Assembly (NCBI RefSeq): GCF_964204645.1
Contig: NC_134027.1
Span: 23,088,560-23,152,559 of the forward strand
DNA from: Tubulanus polymorphus
Taxonomy: Eukaryota; Animalia; Nemertea
DNA: 64,000 nt
Direction: 5' to 3'
The translations under genes were made by a program, and so were the position numbers. Shown here piece after piece: positions 48,238 to 64,000 of the stretch (position 1 is the first letter of the stretch; every line of letters begins with the position of its first letter). The notes beneath the pieces were generated by a model that saw only the letters and a list, made by a program, of their open reading frames with translations, was not told where the DNA came from and did not search any database.

Positions 48238-51200
48238 ATGTATAGAAACGTGAGTATATTGCTAAAAGAATCGATAAATCAATTATGTTTAGAATATCAT
48301 CCACATTGGACTGCTGTTTTACCGGTTCATATATCTTTTTAAGACATGTACATAAGATAATATCGTGCAATCACTAGCAATATCTCTCTAAGTGACCTGC
48401 CGGGTCTATCTCAGCAATTTGTCGGTTTTCAAAACGATATTTTTATATTCATAATTTATCAAGTGTTTGGTCGTGACTGTGGTGTTATGTCTAATGGCAT
48501 GCAGGGAAGTAAATGGTAAGTAAACATTGATCTACCCTACGAGCAATTATCTAAACTATCTTGTTTAGATAATTGCTCGTAGATCTACCGAACTATAGAA
48601 ACAATGATATTTAATTGACCACAACACGTTTTGGGTACATCTAAACGCCAACAGTGTGACATCATTACTACACTACTCGGTAATCCTCAAAAGTAGCTTA
48701 GAAATGACTCTACAGGCATTTTGTTAAGAAAGTTGGCAACGAGACTTTTCTAGACAATTTCGACATGCTGAATCCAAAAATCAATGTTGCCACGCTATAT
48801 TTTGATATTAACAATGGCAAAATTTGGAATTTCAAATTTGCCTCCAAATTCACCTAAATTTGAAGAATATAATCTGGGATGTGTACAGTATACTTGTGAA
48901 TCACGTGTAATGATTATATGGGCGGTGTTATGCAAAGGATACTTAGATCTAATTGATTGAACTTATAATCCTGATGAATAAAATATATTGGCATGATGAG
49001 ACGATCTGATAGATAACAGTCAATAAGTTAACTAGACAATAATTCTAATCTACAATATATAGGTATATTGAATGTTATTCAATTGTTGCGATGTATCTGA
49101 CTTAAGAATTTGGCAACATTAAACATTTATTGGATGTTTTCAGGACAGCAGCTGAACTGTATACACGAAGCGGATACGACAATCATGACAGTCGCAACAC
49201 CGGCAGTTGTAAAACTAGGTGGCACCACTGTCGTACAATGTCAGGTTTCACCACCCAGTAAAAATGTCTGCGGTTTCAGAATATCATTGAGTGGCCCTTC
49301 AGAACAGTTTGGGTTTGATAAGACAAACTGTCCTCGTGGAGCTATCAGTGAACCCCGGTACACTGGACAATGTGACGTCACAGCTGGACGTTATGGTTTA
49401 CGTATCAATAATATACAGATGACTGATGCTGGAGAATGGTCATGTGACTACATGAACTCTTTCCGAAATACTAGAACAGTAATTACTGTAGTAGGTAAGA
49501 AAGATAAACAAACTAATAAAGTCTCATTTTTATCATGTTCATAACAAAGAACGAAGTGTAAAAAAGTGTATTGATCACCACTTGATCCGAGTTATTTTGA
49601 ATCATTAAGAGTTTGAAAACTTAACAAGTGACAAAACTAGTTTTGTCCTTTGATAGGGTTTTATAATTAGTTGGAGTAGGGTCCACCTCCTACACTCCTC
49701 TCTCCCCTAAAAAATCTTCAAATGAAATGTTCATCATACGTTTTCCGTTACGTTAGTCCGTGTTTTTATCACAATTTTTCAATAAAAGAAAAAGATAAAC
49801 TGTTGACCCATTGTCTATCCAGTAACTTGCACAAGTTATGTTCATCTCAATTTTCAATCTTATGTTTGGCAAAAAAGTTCTTTTCAATTATCCTAACATT
49901 TGAATAAAATTCATTCCGAGGTGTCATGTGGAAAATACTCAAATGATAAATGATTTTCATTTCCCACAAAATCCGCACTCAAAGTTATCAAAAAAGGCAG
50001 GATGAAACGTGCAACATTTTACTCATTCTCCCAGCATCCGCCGTTGTAGCACATTGATTCATAAGCTGTCAGGATGTTGTTGATATATTTCAATAAACGA
50101 CACTGAAGCGCATTCAAAATAGCCATTACATATTTTGGTTTTAATATAATTTCATATTTACAGCACCCCCGAGTGGACCAGTTCTAACATCTCAACCAAA
50201 CGCCGCCATCAACAATATCGTCAAGGTTCGGGAATATTCACCATTAACAATCATATGTGACGGTTCACAGCCTGGTGCTACAGGACTGACGTATAAATGG
50301 AGTGGTGCCAATCTATCAGGACAGTCTAATAATAAACTCAGATTTCAGCCCGTCAGGAGAACTGATTCAGGTGTTTATACATGTACAGGATCGAATCTAG
50401 CAGGATCAGTCACTGGTAATATTACTATCGATGTGCTATGTAAGTATTTTCTAAACAGGAGCACGCGTAATCTTACTAATATCTAATTACTTCACATTGA
50501 AAGCTAATTTGAAGCAATCGCACTTGTTTGACTAGTGTGAATAGGTAGTTGTGTAAAACTAAATCATGTCTGTATGCCGATGAAAGCACATGCGTTCCAG
50601 CAGTACGTAATGTATAGTGCATCATCTTAAAGGTCTAACATATTGAAGTTTTAAATTGTATCGGTATCAAAAGATGTTTTTATCACGTAGAAATAAGGGG
50701 TGGGAGTGATCCCGTATCGTGCACAGTGAGGAGATGATTATCGTGAGACTTTCTCAAAATATGAATTCAAATGTGTGTAAGCCTGATACGACTGTGATTT
50801 TTTCTGTGATTGAATAACATGCAGTCGAAATTTGGTGTCGGACGAATCGTGGAAATGAACGTTAGAAATATATATTGAGTGTTGGTGGGACGTATTCTTG
50901 ACATTCGATATTACCAGGCTCTACACACTACATGAAGTCTATTGGTCACGAATATGATGATCGGGCGAGTCCGACTTTTGAATTGGGACAATTTGAACAG
51001 CGAACTGGAACAAAAGAAAATGCTAGGAAATTAGAGGGAATTTATTTTGTTAATTCATCTTTGAAATTAACCCATGCTTTATGTTCTGTTTTCTATGATT
51101 TATATCTCCATGAAAGCATTATGAGATCTGGTTAATATTGATATGATTTTTTTATTGATTCTATAATCAAATTCGAGGCAATCTTTATTGTCCTTCATTT

Positions 51201-54200
51201 CAGACCCGCCAAGTGGTGTTACATTTCAAGGACCGACGTCACCCGTTCAGGAATCAACATCTGCTAACTTCACGTGTACAGCTACAGGGGGTAACCCGGA
51301 ACCGAACCTCGCCATAACTAGAACACCAGAGGGCAGCGCTGTAATAAAGCAAGGAGGAAGTCCTCTTACATATTCAACATCCGTCACTAAAACAGATAAC
51401 CAGGCAGTATATCGATGTAGAGCTACTGGGGCTGGTATACCAACACCAATGATTTCTAATCAAGTTAAATTGACTGTAAACTGTAAGTAATGCTGATAGT
51501 AAAAAATTGCCTACACTGTGTATGTGAGGAAAAGTAACGTGATTTAATGTCAATTCAAAACACCTTCAACAACAGAACGGTTTTTTAAATTGCATTTCCG
51601 AGATACATAATAGCAATTTTATACAATAGATTCTGAGTAAAAGAGCAAATTGAAAAAAAAAACAGTTCCTTATTTTACAGATGCTGCTGATTCTGTTTCG
51701 CTGACTCCAGTAAAGTCTGTAATTGTAAAAGGCACTTCAATTCGGTTTAGGTGCGCAGCAACTGGTGGAAACCCTGATAGTTACATCTACAACTGGCAAT
51801 TCTCAACAGCACCGGGCGTCTGGAAACCTATCACATCTAGAAATGCGAACTATGTAATAGATAATTCATCTAGATCCGACTCGGGACAATACAGATGTAG
51901 AGCGACAAATATAGGAGGTTTTACCATCAGTAACATCGCTACCGTCGATGTTCAATGTAAGTGTCGATGTTCAAGTGCTTATAGTGAAAAAAAGATATTG
52001 TATTGGATTATATATAAGACAATTTTACGATTTTAATGATCAGATAGAGATAATCTATCGAAAAAGTGCTAATAGTGAAAGAAAGAAAACAAAGAAATTG
52101 TGAAATCTGATTATCTGAACATAAGAATGCTTTCTCTACGCAACAAAGAAACACCATCAGAAAAGTATTTGTTCCATTTCGTATAGATGCGCCAATTCTC
52201 ATCGGACAAGTCAACCCCATTGCCGCTAATAAGGGAGATGTAGCTAAATTCACCATAAACTACGATGCGAATCCATCGGCAACAACTTTGACCTGCAATC
52301 GAAATCTAACAGATGATGGAACTGTCCCGATAAAAACTGGTTTAACGCAATGGCACGTCATTATTATATCGGTCCGAACGTCTGATTATGAATCTTATTC
52401 GTGTAGTCTCAATAATTCAGTCGGTAGCATAATAATTGATTTGAAACTCATAGAGACTGGTAAGTACTGCAGCAGGCTCGAGTTTTCATTTCGAGAAAAC
52501 TTGGCGTCTTTAAAATCCGCAGCCACGAACCACGCTCTACATATCAGTCACGTATCAACCATTGTATTGATCGTGGTTTTGGTGATGATACTAGTTCGAA
52601 ACTATGGGGATTATGAATCTAATTGCAAATGTTTGAATTTCCTTTTTGTTACAATTTCAATTAAAAATGGCTGATATGTGATTTCTGAAATGCGTCGAGG
52701 CTCCAGATTGATATCCTAGAAAGTTTGTTTCACCCAACTAGAATAGTCGATTCTCTACCAGAAATTCAAAACTGAACCCGATCCGCCTTATTGAACTTTC
52801 ATCTTCTTGTTTATCTCTATTCCAGGGCCTCCTCACACCCCGTCATATCTGGCAGTCATTGCAAAAACAGCTGTATCCGTGACTCTGAGTTGGGTGTCTG
52901 AATTTGCGGGTGGCTCCGAACAAATGTTCACCGTCAGTTACATGGCATTGGATTCCACACAAATTGTCGATGCGGCTGGAATACCAGATCCTGGTTACAG
53001 AAAACCGGTGCAAATAAAAATAACCGGATTAAAACCAGCAACTGATTATCAGTTCAAAGCGAAAAGTGTCAACTTAAATCCTACTGATAATACGAGTCCG
53101 TTTTCTAATATAGTAACAACTAAAACAAATGGTAAGATATTGGAAGGCAATAAATTGTACTTTAAAAACACGGCTATCTATCTACCCTTCCAACGTTTGC
53201 ATTGGCCCATTCCTTTAAAAATTTTCTTCGAAAAAATATGAGAATGTAATTCATCTAAGACTGATGCAAAAACCTACCCAATTTCACATTAAGCCTTGGA
53301 GAGTGGAAGCTCAGAAAAGTGAAACATGTCGTAGCCAAGCGAGTCGTGAGAATAATAACACAACTAGTATTTGTGCTAGTCGGATATATGATGGTTTCAT
53401 GGATTATCCAATAAAAAATCGCTTAATAACTTAGCCATAGCTCTTGCTGAAAAAGCGTATGTATATCTCGAACAACGATTATATTTCAGCTATTCCGAAC
53501 GCCATAAACTTTGTATTGAAGCGAGCTACTATAAAACGAGAAGGAAATCTTGTCCAGATAAAATCATTGCCGTTTCCCTCGAAATACAGCTTCTACGTGG
53601 AATACTGTATCGAAAATACAAAGCAATGTCGATCTACCAAACCGATGGAAAGTACCGATGTCCCAATAAATATCATGGTTACTATCGACCCCGATCAAGC
53701 ATACAGTTACAAGCTGATTGTAACTGAGGGCGGCGACGTCATTGTGAGCCAGCAGATCCAAATACATGAAGGTAAAGCGTACTTGTACGCGGTGGGACTT
53801 CTTTATGTGCCTTTTGATCGTCCTGATGTACATTTACGGCGGTTGGCAATTCAAGACATCATTCGAGAAATTAAACATGATCAATATATTCTTGATTCTA
53901 GAATGAATGTACCATCAACTATTTTTAGTTTTAAAAGAATTCAATGAACCTATACCTTGTCTCAAACAATACGTACAAAATTGTACGCCATTTTTTAGAT
54001 GATGACAAGACAAGCGAGACATCTTTAGTCCCAGCGATTATTGCTGGTGTTGTTCTTGGTAGCATAGCGTGTACTCTGATGGTGATCTTATTGGTTGTCC
54101 TTTTGATAAGGCTGATCAGAAACGGAGGTCTCGTCTTCCTGGACAAATCAAGTGGAATGTAAGTTCTTTTTACATTTGTTGCTCCTATTTTATCTCACCT

Positions 54201-55166
54201 TCTGGTTGCGACAGCGTTTCGAACAATACCACCACCTGGTGGGTTGATTTAGAAAAATAATCTTCCTGATAAGAGTTCGCCGATGATGATTAATACTATT
54301 TTAGATCTCTCGGTTACAAAACAACTATGAATAGTATAGATCTCAATCTTCTAATCCACAAAATTATTTTAAAGAAAATTGATCACTTTTTTATTTCAGG
54401 AAAACTAAAGCTAACGATTCAACCACAGGTAGATTTTATAGATAGAACAGATATGATACAGTGCTTTTATTTGTGCATGTTTTTCGGGCTTTTTAGTGTT
54501 GAATATTTCGTACAATGTGATCGACGAATATCATTGATAATATTGTTAACATTCCTGAACAGATTTTTCGTATCATTACAGTTTATTCTAACAGCAATGA
54601 AAATGAAATTGAAACCAATGACACAAATTCACGTACGTAGCATTTGAAACTAATATCATCTCTGTCGACTATACCTTTAATACCTGTTGTATATTTCAGG
54701 GCCATACGCTGCGGCAACTCCGTATATGAATGTGGCTTTTGGCGGTAAGTACGGTATTACCAAAGTTTGTTCCCTCCTGCGATCGTAACAGTTGGTTTAG
54801 GTATTTTACGTATGGTTTTCGAGGGCCCTCGAGGGAATCAAAAAATGTATTCTTTTTTGTGAATCTTTGATCTTATGATTATTTTTCGTTCTCAAATTTG
54901 ATATAGTGGTTTTTAATCACTTCCCCTGATATCCTTGCGTATACGTTTTTATAAAAGCGTCCTGAAACTCACCGCATCTGGTTTCAAAATGTTCTTAGTC
55001 CCTTAATCTCATCGTTGTCAAGAAAATAGCAATTCCTTTACTGATGACCTGGAACCTGATTGCGAAACCTGCATTCATTGGTTCATTTATTCCAAGAAAT
55101 ATCTTTTCTTCATTTAAAGCGGAGCTTGAAATGGATCCAAACTGTTACGAAGAAATCAAGAACTAG
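48238..55166 (+). CDS. Gene D: complete IgSF receptor, ~812 aa (SP-V-a-b-e-f-FN3-X-TM-short tail with TPYMNV and YEEI)
   Basis: Exons 48238-48249, 48464-48515, 49144-49494, 50164-50439, 51204-51482, 51681-51956, 52187-52459, 52826-53131, 53490-53771, 53999-54158, 54400-54428, 54582-54632, 54700-54744, 55120-55166; sum 2439 nt in frame; leader-2 acceptor (aag) uncertain. Confidence 0.88.
48537..48582. mobile_element. 46-bp perfect hairpin insertion with ATCTACC duplication
   Basis: CTACGAGCAATTATCTAAAC-tatctt-GTTTAGATAATTGCTCGTAG; absent at the homologous site in gene E (~57665). Confidence 0.65.
49144..49494 (+). CDS. Gene D exon, atypical V-like Ig domain
   Basis: GQQLNCIHEAD..TDAGEWSCDY. 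Confidence 0.9.
50164..50439 (+). CDS. Gene D exon, Ig module a
   Basis: APPSGPVLTSQPNAAINNIVKVREYSPLTIIC..KLRFQPVRRTDSG. Confidence 0.88.
51204..51482 (+). CDS. Gene D exon, Ig module b
   Basis: PPSGVTFQGPTSPVQESTSANFTC. Confidence 0.9.
51681..51956 (+). CDS. Gene D exon, Ig I-set-like module e
   Basis: AADSVSLTPVKSVIVKGTSIRFRCAATGGNP..W..SDSGQYRC. Confidence 0.9.
52187..52459 (+). CDS. Gene D exon, Ig module f
   Basis: APILIGQVNPIAANKGDVAKFTINYDANP..DYESYSC. Confidence 0.88.
52826..53131 (+). CDS. Gene D exon, FN3
   Basis: GPPHTPSYLAV..GLKPATDYQF. Confidence 0.92.
53490..53771 (+). CDS. Gene D exon, FN3-like domain X
   Basis: AIPNAINFVLKR..YVEYCIENTKQC. Confidence 0.85.
53999..54158 (+). 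CDS. Gene D transmembrane exon
   Basis: SLVPAIIAGVVLGSIACTLMVILLVVLLIRLIRN. Confidence 0.87.
54400..55166 (+). CDS. Gene D cytoplasmic micro-exons (4)
   Basis: MKTKANDSTT / VYSNSNENEIETNDTNS / RPYAAATPYMNVAFG / AELEMDPNCYEEIKN*. Confidence 0.78.
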
Positions 55167-55374
55167 CAGACGTTCAATCATAGGACGGTATGCATTGACC
55201 AACAATACATCGAGCTCCTTTGTCGCAATAAACAAATCTAATAACAGTTGGTTTCATGTCCGATACATCTAGGATCGCAACTCGAGAATGAAGTTACTTG
55301 AAACATTTACGAAAGTTACCGGGATGTCTGCTTGTTAGTTAACTTGTGCACAAACGATTAATATGATTCAGCTT

Positions 55375-55582
55375 AACGAGAGAAATCCCACAATAACGAA
55401 GCGAAGATTGAAAAATTCTATATCAGAGTTAGCGACGTTACGGCTATAACAACTGTACTGGCTAACACCAGTACGCCCGATGATGACTAACAGTTGTTAG
55501 CCGAAACGTCGCTCCTCAAATATAATCACTCTGATATAGAAGTTTTCAATCTTGGCTTCGTTATTGTGGGATTTCTCTCGTT
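55375..55582. mobile_element. Inverted-repeat Penelope-like remnant with degenerate hammerhead core
   Basis: Arms aacgagagaaatcccacaataacgaag.. / ..cttcgttattgtgggatttctctcgtt; CCGATGA-TGACTAAC/GTTAGCC-GAAACGTC at ~55477-55510. Confidence 0.5.
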
Positions 55583-57372
55583 ATCATCATACACGGATAT
55601 TGTGTATCTTCTTGTCTAATAATTCAGCTTGTTTATAAGTTGCATAGACGCAGCGATGTATTGGTGATAGCGAATTAGAAATCTTTTCTGTTAATCATCT
55701 ATTGTTTGTATGAATTGAATTAGATTTATCTCTTTGCTTTGCTATCAAAGTATAGTCGTATTATTTATGTTAATCATATAAATTAGACTTCACCATAAGT
55801 TACCCTGTTGCGTGTTGTATCGAAAATCATGGACAGTAAAAGTTTTCTGTTATGATGAAATTTTGTAGCGAAATAAAATAAAAGAATTCCATTCAAAACT
55901 CGGCGGTCTTATTTTCATGAAGAATCTTCATCTCCATGTATTGATTTATTCATTGTCAATTTAATATTCCTCAGGTGACGCCTGGAACACGTGAAGCGTA
56001 GACTATCGTTTTTAAAATGCAGTGATTAAATGTCTAATTTATGGTGTTAATGTAATTTCAATTGAAAACGCGAAGCTCTAAACATGTATGAAGGGTGAAC
56101 TTTTTGAGTGCCAAAATGTCTAATGTCTAGTGTTCTGTAGTTCATTTTCATATAGAAGTGTCTCGGGGATGTTCCGAATGAAAGTGAAGTGATGATTGTG
56201 AAATAAATTGTTTAACTCCATCTCGTATGCTGTTGTTTTGTAACCTTAGATTTTATGAAGCATTTGTGAATAGCGAAATAAATATTTAAGCGATGGTTCG
56301 ATTCTATTGTTTTTTGGGACGCTTACAATTCCTATGTCCTTTAAAAGAGGATTTATCTTTGATCTATGTTTGATAAGTTTTGAAGGAAAATTCGATCGAT
56401 GAAAGGAAACTGGATTTTAGAAAAACGATCTGTGATTGACGTTTTTTCAATGGGACTCTCGTACAAGGTAAATTTCGGTTAAATGTAGATAAGCCGAAGT
56501 AAAGAAAAATGAAGGTGATCTCGAAGTCTATTCAGTGTGGTCCGACATAGAGCCGATTGATTTATTAAAATACAGCAAAAAATATCACGAAAGTGGGGAC
56601 CTCGACAGAACGTCACAACAGGGTGCCTAGAAACTGGGAACTTCTTTATTTTGGCAGCGTATATCATTACCTGCATTATTCGAAATTGATTGATGACATA
56701 TAAGTTCAAAAATTCTAGACTATAATATAACAATTCCCAGGCATGAATTAAAACTTGCTTTTGGTGGTATTATTTATGACTATAGATACATACCACGTAA
56801 CTTAGTGTCACTTACATAATAGATCTTGGTTGAAATCGGTATTTTAGATGAACATATCCAATCCTATTCACTGTTCGAAAACGACGCTCAATTTATCAGT
56901 AGCTTTCGTCAGAAGTCTGTATATTTCTGGTGAGTAAAATCTGCAAAAGATTAAATTTTCATCTCCTGCAAGTTGTTTCTATTCATGACCATTACTTTCG
57001 TTTTCAGCGTTTTCACAGCGACGCCATTTTGGCTTGATTAAAGCGTAAGCAGGAAACATAAATCGAATTTTTCTTTTAAAATCGATGGCGCTTATGTTGC
57101 ACGTAATCAATTTTATACTATTTGTTGGTTTTTTATTTTTATTCCGGATTCCGTATCTAGGATGCCTAAGTAGATCGGCCTATTACTGAAGATCAAGAAT
57201 TGGTAGTAGTGAAATACAATGAGAACAAACATCTGGTGACGGAACTATTCACGAATGATTTCGTGACCAAATTTTGGAAATAAAAGTCTTTCAATCCCTC
57301 AAGTAGTATCATCCATACGATAATAGACAAATGTGTTGTTTCGATAAAGATAGTTCAATGTCCATATGCAGC

Positions 57373-63839
<6,467 letters not shown>

Positions 63840-64000
63840 GTACGTATGAAATATTGTCAGTGAGTTCTATGAAATTCATTTTGGTTAATTTACGCTGGTT
63901 GACAACTCAGAGAGATAATGAACATAAGCAACTCATAGTCTTATCACCGAATTTTCATTTTCACTGATTGAAATTGAACATAATTTGTGTAACTGTATCA

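Overview
AT-rich, intron-containing metazoan DNA (GT-AG introns, MITEs, microsatellite); not prokaryotic. The window is almost entirely a tandem cluster of five paralogous immunoglobulin-superfamily single-pass receptor genes, called A-E here. A and B are on the minus strand; C, D and E are on the plus strand; B and C are head-to-head. Each gene is built from a shared kit of symmetric phase-1 domain exons: a two-exon signal peptide, an atypical 6-Cys V-like domain, Ig modules a-f in gene-specific order and number, FN3, an FN3-like stalk domain X, TM, and a micro-exon-encoded cytoplasmic tail. Architectures: A = V-a-b-a-b-b-c-d-f-(off window); B = V-a-b-c-b-c-d-d-f-FN3-X-TM-long tail; C = V-a-c-d-f-FN3-X-TM-short tail; D = V-a-b-e-f-FN3-X-TM-short tail; E = (V lost)-a-a-b-b-e-f-FN3-X-(off window). 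B carries an array of EPIYA-like motifs fitting the Csk-SH2 consensus plus an ITIM. C and D carry an ITSM/Grb2-type TPY[V/M]NV and a terminal YEE[V/I] Src-SH2 motif. This suggests a paired inhibitory/activating immune or allorecognition receptor system evolving by exon shuffling and gene conversion. Exon boundaries were read by eye; function is inferred.
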